A DNA stretch of 64,000 bases from a virus (IMGVR_UViG_3300028914_000062:32001-96000), one strand, 5' to 3'. Positions 10,657 to 22,568 are shown, numbered from the stretch's first letter. The notes: a model not told the origin generated them from the sequence alone. Program-made: numbers and translations.

Positions 10657-11346
10657 TTATTTCCTTTCTTCATTAACCTTTTCATTCGCTTCGTCTGATT
10701 CTTTTGCTTCATCTTGTGCTTCAGCTGGAACATAATTCGTCTCCATCTCCAAAGCGGTCTTTATATCCTTTCTTTCCTGTCTCGTGAGTTTCTCTTCCTG
10801 AGCTTTTCTCTCCTCAATCTGAGCAAGAGGCTTAAACTCGAAGTCATCATCACGGACCAAAAGATCCGTATAAAGATCGAAGAGCCAGCGCTGTCTGGGT
10901 TTCTCGTCTTCGCCAAGAAACGACTCATCGTGTAACGGATCGTCTTCGGTGAGAGCAACCAGTGAACGCTCGGTGTCTTCTCTGGTAATGGTGAACACTT
11001 TGTTACGGTAGAAGCGGACCCAATCGAGAAAACGCGGGTTCCACTTGCCGTTACGACTAAGTATCGCATCAGCATTCAACATAACCTTGGTCCCATCGGG
11101 AGCCAGATCCTGATTATCCAGATGCATCATTTCTGCCGGAATATCAAGATCGCTAAGATCGGTAATACCATGCTTAAGCCTCTCAACCGCAACAAACAGA
11201 TCAAAATCCTGTCTCTTATAATGAGTACGGAACCTACGATTAGCCTGTCTACGCTGAGCACGATTAAGCTTCGGAATTACCGTGATACCACTTTCAGTTT
11301 TTATGGTATCGGTATTTTCCACTGCGGGGGTGTCTTTTGCTTCCAT
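10657..11346 (-). CDS. Hypothetical phage protein
   Basis: 229-aa ORF with AAGGAG RBS directly after a promoter; LNRAQRR motif; TAG-free. Confidence 0.75.
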   Translation of the reverse strand: MEAKDTPAVENTDTIKTESGITVIPKLNRAQRRQANRRFRTHYKRQDFDLFVAVERLKHGITDLSDLDIPAEMMHLDNQDLAPDGTKVMLNADAILSRNGKWNPRFLDWVRFYRNKVFTITREDTERSLVALTEDDPLHDESFLGEDEKPRQRWLFDLYTDLLVRDDDFEFKPLAQIEERKAQEEKLTRQERKDIKTALEMETNYVPAEAQDEAKESDEANEKVNEERK

Positions 11347-11376
11347 AAAATACTCCTTTCATATCATGGTGCGTAT

Positions 11377-11405
11377 ATTGTACCATATATTTTTTTATTT
11401 GTCAA
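11377..11405 (-). promoter_or_regulatory. sigmaA-type promoter for the replication operon
   Basis: TTGACA-17bp-TACAAT with TG; palindrome AAGTGA-AATA-TCACTT abuts the -35 box. Confidence 0.75.
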
Positions 11406-11434
11406 GTGAAATATCACTTAAAACCAAAAAATTT

Positions 11435-11635
11435 TTAACGATCCCAAGGATCTTTTATCTTAACAAGAAGGCCGCACCCACATACGCCTTCTTCGATGTT
11501 ATCAAAGTAATCACAGGGACATTGAAAAGGAGCGGATAGGGTCTCTGCCCCAGAAACGGGGCAGTGACCCTCCTCCTTTATATAATGTAATATATTGTCC
11601 CTGATTTGTTTATTATCAGTAAACTTTATAATCAT
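11435..11635 (-). CDS. Ferredoxin-thioredoxin reductase catalytic-subunit-like small protein (degenerate)
   Basis: GHCP..CPC..EGVCGCGL resembles the FTR CPC/CPC/CHC pattern; follows nrdD. Confidence 0.6.
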   Translation of the reverse strand: MIIKFTDNKQIRDNILHYIKEEGHCPVSGAETLSAPFQCPCDYFDNIEEGVCGCGLLVKIKDPWDR

Positions 11636-11636
11636 A

Positions 11637-14006
11637 TTAACCTTCGAGATACTTACGTATTTCTGAAACTCCTTTATATTTTTTGAAACTGTCTCCGGTT
11701 TTTACTATCAAAGTAGGGGCTTGCATAACCTCATATTGTTTGGCAATTTCCGGATGCTCAGTAGCATAAATCTTTGTATATTGTTTATTTGCCTTGTCCA
11801 ACATAGCACCAGCAACTTTACAGTTGGGACAAGTTGGGGTTGCAATTAGAATTAATTCAGTCTCTTCAATTTTACATAAATCACAAGACTCTTCTTTTAC
11901 ATTCGCTTCCTCAAAATGATGTTTTGCAAATGAAGAGCCAATATCATAAACTTTACGATCTTTAAATTCTTGTGACTTGCCGTCGTTCCAGTTCTGAACG
12001 GGACGGTAATAACCGGTTATGCGGCTGTAGACCTCGGTCTTTTCGCCGCACTCGGGACAGGTCTCCTGCTCGCCCGCGAGATATCCATGTGTTTTACACA
12101 CGGAGTAAGTGGGAGAAAGTGTATAATAAGGAAGTTTATAATTTTCTGCTATTTTACGAACAAGCGTCGCGGCAGCCTTCCAGTCGGGAAGTTTCTCGCC
12201 GAGGAAGGCGTGGAAGACGGTGCCCGAGGTGTAGAGGGTCTGAAGCTCGTCCTGGATATCGAGCGCCGAGAAAATGTCCTCGGTGTAGCCGACGGGCAGG
12301 TGAGACGAGTTGGTGTAGTAGGGGGTGTCGTCGCACGACCTAGCAGCAGTAATAATACCAGGGTAGGTTTCTACATCATGCTTGGCTAAACGATAGGCAG
12401 TGGATTCAGCCGGCGCCGCTTCGAGGTTGTAGAGGTCACCATACTATTCTTGATAGTCGGAAAGGCGCTCTCTCATATGATTAAGCACCTTAATCATAAA
12501 CTGCTACGCCTCTTTGGTTGTTAAATCTTTACGGATCCACTTAGCATTCAAGCAACATTCGTTACCACCAACAGTAGCGATTGTAGAGAAGTGATTATGA
12601 AAGTCACCCAAATATCTTTTTGTGTATGGGTATAAACCATTTTCCAAAAGCTGGGTAATAGTTTTGCGTTTAATATCAAGAGATCTCGCGGCAATGTCCA
12701 TCAAATGATCAAGACGCTTAAAGAAGTCCTCCTCATTTTCGGCTAGATATCCTATACGAGGAAGATTTATAGTTACTACGCCAACGGAACCAGTACTTTC
12801 ACCAGAACCGAAGTAACCACCGGACTTTTTACGAAGTTCTCTTAAATCCAGACGGAGCCTGCAGCACATGGAACGAACGTCGGATGGCTCCATATCCGAG
12901 TTGATATAATTACTAAAATATGGGGTGCCATATTTAGCCGTCATCTCAAAGAGAAGACGATTATTTTCAGTATCGGACCAGTCAAAATTTTTGGTAATAG
13001 AGTAAGTGGGTATGGGGTATTGAAAGCCGCGCCCATTAGCATCGCCCTCAATCATAATTTCAATGAAGGCTTTGTTGACCATATCCATTTCCTTTTGACA
13101 ATCCTTATATCTGAAATCCATCTCCTTACCGCCAACAATACAGTTAAGTTCGGCAAGGTCCGGAGGAACGACCCAGTCCAATGTAACATTAGTAAAAGGT
13201 GCTTGAGTACCCCAACGGCTCGGTGTATTCACACCATAAATAAACGACTGGATACATTGCTTAACTTGCTTATATGTTAAATTATCTGCCTTTACAAACG
13301 GAGCTAAATAAGTATCAAAGCTAGAAAAGGCCTGTGCTCCAGCCCACTCATTTTGCATGATACCAAGAAAGTTAACCATCTGATTGCAAAGGGTAGAAAG
13401 GTGGCTTGCAGGAGAGGAGGTAATTTTCCCAGGTACTCCACCAAGACCTTCCTAAATTAATTGTTTCAATGACCATCCGGCACAATAGCCAGAAAGCATA
13501 CTTAAGTCGTGAATATGCATCTCGGCATTTTTGTGAGCATCGGCGATCTCTTTATCGTAAACTTGATTAAGCCAATAATTAGCAGTAACTGCCCCAGAAT
13601 TAGAAAGGATCAATCCGCCAATGGAATAAGTAACGGTAGAGTTTTCTTTAACTCTCCAGTCGTTTACTTTTAAATAGTTATCCACTAATTTTTTATAATC
13701 AAGCATTGAATTATGTGCGTTTCTGAGTTTTTCTTGTTGTTCTCTATATAATATATATGCTTTGGCAACGTCTTCATAACCCGATTTAATCAAGACGGAT
13801 TCGACGCTGTCCTATATTTGCTCTACTGAAAGTTTACCATCCTAAATCTTGTTCTCAGCATCCGCCACGGCTTTAAGGGCCAAGAAATCGATAATATCTG
13901 CGTTGAAATCTCGATTACAGCCCTTAAAAGCCTTAGTGATAGCATTAATAATCTTAGTCAGGTCAAACTCCACGAGGCGTCCGTTGCGTTTGACTATTTT
14001 ATACAT
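11637..14006 (-). CDS. nrdD: Anaerobic (class III) ribonucleoside-triphosphate reductase with N-terminal ATP cone and C-terminal glutaredoxin-like domain, 789 aa in code 15
   Basis: IVKRNG ATP cone, HIHDL, QNEWAGAQA, RSMCCRL, YSRITGYYRP glycyl-radical loop, terminal CPNC; 5 TAGs, several at expected Gln sites (VEQI*DSVE, LKQLI*EGLGG, DYQE*YGD). Confidence 0.95.
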
Positions 14007-14010
14007 ACTT

Positions 14011-15222
14011 TCACTCTTTTTCTTCAATATTTTCTTCTGTGGTTTCAGGCGCATATTTAGTCAGAATTCTATTCATATACTGATCAAATGTTTCTGTCTC
14101 TATACCAAGGTTCTGACCCACCATGCGCTGGCGTTCTCTATGATAAATAATTTGTCTTTCAACTTCACTTGCGTTCATATAAAAACCAATATACTTGGTA
14201 TAGAATTTCGCTGTTGATTCAGCAAGCATATCAAGCCATTTCTGATCAATGCCTCTCCAATGATTGCACTGTGTCAGAAAATACAGGTAGAAAACAACCT
14301 GACATACAGTGCCAATAGACGAGTCAGCCACACGGCCGCCCTCTCTGACAAAAATTTCTTCGAGCATCAAGTCTATGGCTTTAACAAAAGCAGCCATACC
14401 ACTATACTGGTATTCTGCATCGTTCGATCTTGTAATCGAGGTTGGTGTCCATTTCCATACATACGTCAAACTATCTATATAAGTCTTCTTTTCCGTAAAG
14501 TGAAAAGCGAGACCATTAAAGAAAGAGTCTTCTTGAATTCTAAGCTCCGGATGAAATGAAATGCGGTTTTCATTTATATAAGACCTTTTATAGACCTTGC
14601 CGTGCATCCAAGTATTATCATTCTGATGAGTAATATAAGTATATCTCCCATCAGGAAGTAATTTTTCCTCCAACCAACTCGTGTTTACCAAATCAAACTT
14701 ATCTTCTTTGATGGCATCATAAAACAGAGAGAATACGCCAACCGAATGAATTACATCATCCGAGTCTGCAAACATAAGATAATCTCCCCTTGCATTATGA
14801 ATGCCAATCTGTCTTGCTACGCCGGGACCGCCATTGCTGAGCGCTCTAATAACCTTCGGTTTAATATGAGCGAACTTATTAAGATTCTCAGCAGTAAGTT
14901 CTGATTTTGTTGAAGCATCATCAACAATTATAACTTCTACCGTGCTCATGTCAACGCCAATCTGTCCGTCAATACTTGTAAGCAGGGGCTCCATCATGGC
15001 AAAGGGGGTGTTATAATAAGGAATTATAACGCTCAATCTGATATGGGGTTCCTGGGGCTTTGGAGCAGTCGCAAGATTAGCACAGGCTTCTACAGCTGTC
15101 TGAACATCAGCGCATGCATCTTGTGCGATTTCGGCAAATTTGTCGGCGGCTTTTTCCATTTCAACAGAGCTAACAAACTCACTCTGAGTCTCTTCAATTG
15201 TTTTTACCTTTTCTTCTTCCAC
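14011..15222 (-). CDS. Family 2 glycosyltransferase
   Basis: LSVIIPYYN, VIIVDDAS, NGGPGVARQIG, LMFADSDD, QEDSFFN; TAG-free. Confidence 0.88.
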   Translation of the reverse strand: MEEEKVKTIEETQSEFVSSVEMEKAADKFAEIAQDACADVQTAVEACANLATAPKPQEPHIRLSVIIPYYNTPFAMMEPLLTSIDGQIGVDMSTVEVIIVDDASTKSELTAENLNKFAHIKPKVIRALSNGGPGVARQIGIHNARGDYLMFADSDDVIHSVGVFSLFYDAIKEDKFDLVNTSWLEEKLLPDGRYTYITHQNDNTWMHGKVYKRSYINENRISFHPELRIQEDSFFNGLAFHFTEKKTYIDSLTYVWKWTPTSITRSNDAEYQYSGMAAFVKAIDLMLEEIFVREGGRVADSSIGTVCQVVFYLYFLTQCNHWRGIDQKWLDMLAESTAKFYTKYIGFYMNASEVERQIIYHRERQRMVGQNLGIETETFDQYMNRILTKYAPETTEENIEEKE

Positions 15223-15256
15223 TATCCTTTTACTCCTTTCTTAATTTTGGGAAAAT

Positions 15257-15283
15257 ATAGGGGCATATTTGCAATGCCCCTAT
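15257..15283. terminator. Stem-loop, possibly a bidirectional terminator
   Basis: ATAGGGGCAT-7nt-ATGCCCCTAT with T-rich flanks on both strands. Confidence 0.55.
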
Positions 15284-15297
15284 TCTTTTTCGCCAAT

Positions 15298-15326
15298 ATT
15301 ATACAACACTTTTTCTTATTTGTCAA
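15298..15326 (-). promoter_or_regulatory. sigmaA-type promoter for the GT2-nrdD-FTR operon
   Basis: TTGACA-17bp-TATAAT; preceded by GTGATATAACGC. Confidence 0.8.
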
Positions 15327-15355
15327 GCGTTATATCACATTTTTTAAAATTTTTT

Positions 15356-16846
15356 TTATTTGATAATTGCGCCCTGCATAATTGCACGGGCTTCATCAAT
15401 TTTCGCCAGCGCTTCGGTCGTTGCGGCTTTCGCCTCATTCGTTTTCGCCAGCGCATTATTGAGTCCTTCCTTAAGGACGCCAATATTATCTTCAAGATTA
15501 TCATTCTTCTCCTGAAGTTCTTTGACCTTGGCATTAGCCTCATCAAGATGAGACTGAACCAACATCATCTACTTCTGAAGCAGAATGTTCGCTTGCTGAA
15601 GAGCCATTGCTCTATCAGTTTCAGCTTTCAGATCGGCCTGAGTCTCAGCAAGCTGGGCCTGGGTCTCTTCAAGCTCTGCTTTGGTATCATTATAAAGCTT
15701 CTCCCAATCCGGAGGATCAATGGGAAGAATGTCCTTCTCATCAAACCAATAAGCCAAAGTAATAGTATCACTATATTTAATTTCCACCTGATATGGATGA
15801 GGATAATTCATCGGGACCCTGGAAATAATAGTACCGGTTCCAGGAACATTCGGAGCCGTTTTAGCTGTAGCATCAAAATAAGTATAATACTTATCAGCAA
15901 TAACCTTAACCTGCTCACCAATCTCATACTCATTCTCAGGGAGTTCGGTATAAGGACCAACGAATTCTGCGTCGACCCAACCATCAACAGTGCCAAGAGG
16001 ATTGTCCTCAGTATGTTTTATATTGTAGGGATGCTTTTTACCTTTAGCAACCTATTTCACATAGGCTTTGCCGCCGATACAATCTTTCTGAGTGCCAGCA
16101 GTTGCATTAGTATAATGATAAATACCATCATAGCTGACAATATCGCCAACCTGGTAATAAGGATCAACGGGTTTGCTTGCGTCGATTATTTTCTGAACTT
16201 CGGATCTGAACCAATCCATATCCTTACCAAAACGCGCCAACCAGTGCGAAGGATCTTTGTGACTCGAAGCATAACCGGCAAGGTTGGCCTCATAGTGCGA
16301 AGTAACTTTAGATGAATCCCAACCAAAGAGCATACAAAGATAAGCAGTATAAGCAATGGCTTGTCCAAAAGCTTCGTCAAAATATTTCTGGCACTCAGGA
16401 TTCGAGGCGTCAAGAGAATCTTCGCAAATTTCGTACTACAAATAAGGGGTAGGATTATAATTATAAGACCCCTTTTCGCCAGCCCCACAACCCCAGCAAC
16501 AATAATTATATGGAAGTAAATGATAAACTTCCACGACACCGGCAGCATTTTTGCCAACCATAGCGTGAACGCATTTACTGCAAGTGGGTTTATTCCAGTG
16601 GTTATTATTTTTATTTTTCCCAAGATCCGCAATTATCGCATCATAGTTCGGATCACTTTTAGAAGGCTACACAAATCTCGCTAATTTAGTCTGATTGCAG
16701 CCAGTGGAGTGAACAAGAACACCAATCGGCTCCATCTAACTTTTAGAAGAGCGGTCGCCTTTATAATAGATTGTTTTGTTATTAATACCATAATCATAAC
16801 AATACGAATCATAGAAAATACAATCTTTTAAGATTAATTCTGCCAT
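15356..16846 (-). CDS. Endolysin: N-acetylmuramoyl-L-alanine amidase, two SH3-like repeats and a C-terminal coiled coil, 496 aa in code 15
   Basis: VLVHSTG, RFV*P, CVHAMVG, WGCG, YL*YEICED, TSHYEA, SHKDP amidase motifs; 5 TAGs; fragments at 16333, 15811 and 15568 share one frame. Confidence 0.88.
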
Positions 16847-16867
16847 ATCATTTCACTCCTTTTGTAT

Positions 16868-17788
16868 TTAGCTTATTGATGTTAACTAATTAAAACTAAA
16901 AGTTACCGCTTGCCACGTTACTCCGGCCGTATTAGTTACTATCCAATAAAACGTATCCGCAGATTCACTAGGTGCAATAGTAATGCTTACGGTTATTTTG
17001 CGAAGGTTGCTAGTGTCTAACGTAGTTACTCCTAAGGGACAATCTATATTTATAGAAGTAGAAGCTCCACTATTATAATAAATTGTTCCAGATGTATTCA
17101 TATATTGAGCGGTGCCCCCTACAGGAGCATAAACCAAACCCGCTCTAACCAATAAAAGTCCTGTTGTTAAATCATGTCCGCTTAAAGTGAAAGAGCCAGA
17201 TGTGCCACTAACCGTTTTAGTATAAATGGTTGTATCTTTTAATTTTCCAGCTATAACCGACCCCTAAGCACACACATTGGGTTTGCCCGCTTTCCACCAA
17301 ATGGGCTAAGAATCACTACCAATATTACCCGATCCAATTTTAGTAGCCGATCCTGCATTATCAGCATATCCTGCATTATCAGCATAAACTGCATTAGCCA
17401 CCTTCTCAAGAGCCACTGGTACGCCGCCACTAAAATATACCGCATTACCGACGCCACTTCCAGAAGCAGAGCCTCCGACCGAATATGCCGATGATACATT
17501 ACCCAGCGCTTCGGCACGACCAACTACTATATTAGCAGCAGCAGCGAATGCCATACCGGTGGTGCCGGTTCCGGTGTATATGGGTAATTTTATTGTGTTT
17601 GACTACAGTCCCGAAACAATATTATTAATTGGATTAATTGTTTCTACAATATATGCGTTACTACAGTTGGTGCTAGAGTTTCCAGTCCCAACAAAAATAC
17701 TTCCTTTAGCATCGGCCATAAAATTGTCCACAACACGATTTCTAAACTCAATCGCTTGTACACCATTAGGGATAACTGTTTGTGCCAT
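16868..17788 (-). CDS. Tail fibre-like protein, 306 aa in code 15
   Basis: Three in-frame fragments joined by TAG; PVY/AVYF-GG-P fibre motifs; ends in TAA at 16868. Confidence 0.65.
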
Positions 17789-17856
17789 AAAATCATTCCT
17801 TTCTTTATAAAAATTTTTTGTATATAGTATACAAATTATTACTTAAACCATTTAAG

Positions 17857-17892
17857 TTCATTGGGTAAAATCACGAAATTTTACCCAATGAA
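17857..17892. repeat. Perfect 15-bp inverted repeat with 6-bp spacer
   Basis: TTCATTGGGTAAAAT-CACGAA-ATTTTACCCAATGAA in an AT-rich intergenic region. Confidence 0.85.
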
Positions 17893-17957
17893 ACATCTCT
17901 TTTATTAATTTTTCTCTTTCTTTATGAAAGATCGCGTTTATTTTTATTGCACTTAAT

Positions 17958-20900
17958 TTATACGGGATTACGGGCAATATAACAGGACCCACCCTTTAAA
18001 ACTTTTGAATTATTGTCTAATGTTACTACATATATCGTAGCTCCTATCCCAGAGAAGCTAAGAGATACCTGTACTTCATTAGCCGCAATTAAACCAGAGG
18101 TTAGCCAAGTACTATCTAGACTACTTCCGATATCGGGCATTGTCGTGTTATATTTATATCTAACTTGAGTTGCTGTACCATAACCTGATAAACCTATTCT
18201 TGTTGAAGTGGTACTAGTAGAGCCCGCAACTTGCCACACCCCTAAACCAGAAGCCGGAACTGCAATAGTTCCAGACCCGCCTTTATAAGCCTTACCGTCT
18301 TGAAGTGTTACCACATAAAGAGTACCTCGACCATCTGGAGGATATGTCACGGAAAGTTCTCCGTTGCTTGTAATATGAACGCCGCTCCCTAGTGTCCACC
18401 CATCGTCTGTTAAAGTTGACGTTGTGGTTCCAACGAGAGGCATACTGTTAGCATTATATTTATAAGCAGCATCACAATTTGAAGCACCGGTAATTGCCAC
18501 CGTAACCGACAATGCGCTTACTGAGTCACGCAAAATAGCTAATCCTTGTGCCTAAGGAATAGTAATAGTACAAGACCCGCCTTTGGTTGCTTCCTAAGAA
18601 ATATTACGGGCCACGATCTATATCGTATTTCTAGACGAAGAAGGGAAATCAACTATAGCAATCACATTTGTATCAATAATTTGAGTCGAACATTGAGACC
18701 AGTCAGTGTCCGTAGTAATTGCGTCTCCTATATATGGGGGCAAATTCTAATATTTATACCATAAACTATCTGTTGTGGAAGCGTTCAAAACTTGTACTTC
18801 AGTTGTACTACTGCTTGCTGCAGAGCCCTATATGAGCTGTAATCCTGTTACATATTTTTTAATAGCCGATCCTCCGCCCCCAACAATAATTTTATCACTA
18901 TCGTTGTTTACTATAACCACATATACCATATCACCACTCTATGGCGGAAGGTCTATTTGAGCAGTAGCCAATCCCATAGATTTAATAAGCTCCGTATTAG
19001 ACCATGTACTATCAACATTGGTCCCTATATAAGGTGTAGAATTCGTATATTTATAATAAATTTTATTCACCACTTCAACCGAAGCATAGGGGGATAATTC
19101 TATTCTGACGTCACCATTTATCTGCCTAATATTTATATCGGTTGCCGGTATCGGATCAATTACTGTCGAAGTGTGTCCTCCTAGTTCCACTTGAGTTTTT
19201 GTACTATTCAATGTTACAACATATAAATATCGAGAGGAAGGAGGGGGAGATATACTAATTATAGATTCTCCGCTCGGCAGTAAAGAAGATGACTATGTTT
19301 GTTCCAGTGTCCAGCCACTAGGTGGCGCATCTCCAATATAAGGCATGACAGCATCACTGATATTAGCAGAATAATAATATGCAACCCAAACACTAGGCTC
19401 ACACGTTAAATGTACTTGAACCTTATTATTTTGAGTTCCGCTCTTAGTGACGGTCAAATCATTAGCTTTTAACTTAATAGTCGGAGGATTATTAGTGCCT
19501 AACTATACTACCATATTAGCGTTTACAGTAACAACCTAAACAGTCTAAATGCTTCCGGTGGGAAGATTAATTGTAATTTCTCCACCACTAACCGTAGCAG
19601 ATTGCCATCCACCACTTGTACTAATCGTTGCACCTTCACGAGGTCTGATACCTAGATAATTGTAATATACAAGGGGCCAAGAGTCACTTGTTGAGCTTGT
19701 TTTAGAAATAGTAAGATAAGCATGATTGTAATCCGAAGATACCCACGTTACCGTCAAGCCAGAAGCGTAAGGCGCCAGTGGAACAACTTGTGTAGAACCA
19801 CCATACTCTACCTTGTTTTCATCGTCCAGTGTTACTACATATAAATATTTAGTAGCATCTGGAGGGGATATAGAAATATACGTACCAGCAACACTTGAGG
19901 CAGTTTGTGTGAAATTCCAATCCGCAGATTGTAAATCACTTTTAGAGGTACCAGCATAAGGCATCACACCACTTGATAAAGTAGAATAATAATATCCTAC
20001 CATCGTACCAGGCTAACAGCCTAATAAAATAGTTACGGTTGTATCTGTGGTAACGCTCTGTTGTATTGTCATAACGGTCGGTAACAATTTAACTGTGCGC
20101 TAATTTATATTATTATCTGCTCCACTTGTAACTTCCAAATTAGCATTTGCTGTAACTAGCTAAATAAGATGAACTTCTCCTTCAGGAAGATCAATTACCG
20201 CCTCCCCATTACTTACTGTGGTAGATTTCCATCCACTAACATTCATTCCCACATATGGCTATGTACTTAAGTAATTATAATAGACAGTGGACAGAGATCC
20301 GCTCCCAGAATTTCTGGAAACCGTAAGATAAGCGTGAAGATAATCCGAAGAAATCCAAGTAACTGTTAAACCCGAAGCATATTGCGCAGGAATAATCTGA
20401 GCAAACCCACCCGTTTCTACATTATTTGACCTATCAAGAGTAACAACATATAAATATTTAGTAACAGTTGGCAGGTTATTGGTGATGTTAATTATGCTAC
20501 CATCTGGCACCGCCCCCGAAGATTGAGTCTGTGTGGATGTCCACCCAAGTAAATCAGCAGATGCTGTGCCAATATAGGGCATGTTTGTTATTGATTCTGT
20601 ATCAAACCATTGATATTTCACATTTACTGTTGAACCACAGTCAAATACTATTGTAATAGAAGTTGGCGTAGTAGCGCTTTGTGTTACGGTCAAATCATTA
20701 GCTTTTAACTTAATAGTCGGAGGATTATTAGTGCCTAACTATACTACCATATTAGCGTTTACAGTAACAACCTAAACAGTCTAAATGCTTCCGGTGGGAA
20801 GATTAATTGTAATTTCTCCACCACTAACCGTAGCAGATTGCCATCCACCACTTGTACTAATCGTTGCACCTTCACGAGGTCTGATACCTAGATAATTGTA

Positions 20901-22553
20901 ATATACAAGGGGCCAAGAGTCACTTGTTGAGCTTGTTTTAGAAATAGTAAGATAAGCATGATTGTAATCCGAAGATACCCACGTTACCGTCAAGCCAGAA
21001 GCGTAAGGCGCCAGTGGAACAACTTGTGTAGAACCACCATACTCTACCTTGTTTTCATCGTCCAGTGTTACTACATATAAATATTTAGTAGCATCTGGAG
21101 GGGATATAGAAATATACGTACCAGCAACACTTGAGGCAGTTTGTGTGAAATTCCAATCCGCAGATTGTAAATCACTTTTAGAGGTACCAGCATAAGGCAT
21201 CACACCACTTGATAAAGTAGAATAATAATATCCTACCATCGTACCAGGCTAACAGCCTAATAAAATAGTTACGGTTGTATCTGTGGTAACGCTCTGTTGT
21301 ATTGTCATAACGGTCGGTAACAATTTAACTGTGCGCTAATTTATATTATTATCTGCTCCACTTGTAACTTCCAAATTAGCATTTGCTGTAACTAGCTAAA
21401 TAAGATGAACTTCTCCTTCAGGAAGATCAATTACCGCCTCCCCATTACTTACTGTGGTAGATTTCCATCCACTAACATTCATTCCCACATATGGCTATGT
21501 ACTTAAGTAATTATAATAGACAGTGGACAGAGATCCGCTCCCAGAATTTCTGGAAACCGTAAGATAAGCGTGAAGATAATCCGAAGAAATCCAAGTAACT
21601 GTTAAACCCGAAGCATATTGCGCAGGAATAATCTGAGCAAACCCACCCGTTTCTACATTATTTGACCTATCAAGAGTAACAACATATAAATATTTAGTAA
21701 CAGTTGGCAGGTTATTGGTGATGTTAATTATGCTACCATCTGGCACCGCCCCCGAAGATTGAGTCTGTGTGGATGTCCACCCAAGTAAATCAGCAGATGC
21801 TGTGCCAATATAGGGCATGTTTGTTATTGATTCTGTATCAAACCATTGATATTTCACATTTACTGTTGAACCACAGTCAAATACTATTGTAATAGAAGTT
21901 GGCGTAGTAGCGCTTTGTGTTACAGTCAAATCTTTAGCTTTTAATTTAACGGTCGGAGGATTATCTGCGCCCTTTTGTACTTGCATACTTGCATTTACAG
22001 TTACCACTTGAACTGTATGAACCAAACCTGGAGGTAGCCCTATAATAGCCTATCCATCATTATCCACTGACGCATAAACCCACCCATCTGAAGTACTAAT
22101 CGTATCTCCTTCAAGAGGCGTTGTAACCGAATACTTATAATATACGAAAGTCACAACACCTCCACCAACTGGATTAACCGTTAAATACGCATAATTATAA
22201 TCCGAAGAGTTCCAAATGACTCGCAGTCCAGAAGCATAGGGTGAGGGGATCTACAGAACTTTTTGAGCATACTATTCTATTTTTAAAGTGTCTTCAACCT
22301 AAACACCTTTACTTATAATTGCAGCTCGTAAATTACTTTTCGCCAAAATTAATCGCGCAATATTATCTTCTGTTAAACTATTTTGGTCTAAAACTATTTC
22401 TGTAGTCGATGTATAACTTGAAGGAATCTCCAAAACTTTTTGAGCATATCCGTCTAATGTTATATCTCCGACTGAGACACCTTTAAATTCAATAGCAGTT
22501 TTTAAACTAGATTTCGCTGATATTATTCTTGTAATATTCTCTTCAATTGACAC
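17958..22553 (-). CDS. Large repetitive fibre/adhesin protein (1531 aa) with about 14 tandem ~100-aa beta-rich domains
   Basis: Seven ORF fragments in one frame linked by TAG; duplicated N-terminal I.R+I.AK..L+.AI..KGV fibre-attachment module; repeated YYxY..PYxG..GW..LYVVTLD..NKV..GG units. Confidence 0.8.
19450..21923. repeat. Perfect in-frame tandem duplication, 1236-bp period
   Basis: 19450-20687 matches 20686-21923; translated ORFs 19545/20781 and 20259/21495 are identical. Confidence 0.93.
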
Positions 22554-22568
22554 ACATATCACCTCTGC

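Noticed and set aside
8865-10735. Plus-strand ORFs of 295 and 270 aa (also 15269-16315, 348 aa)
   Set aside because: Antisense shadows of the ATPase, SSB and lysin genes, with no recognisable protein features
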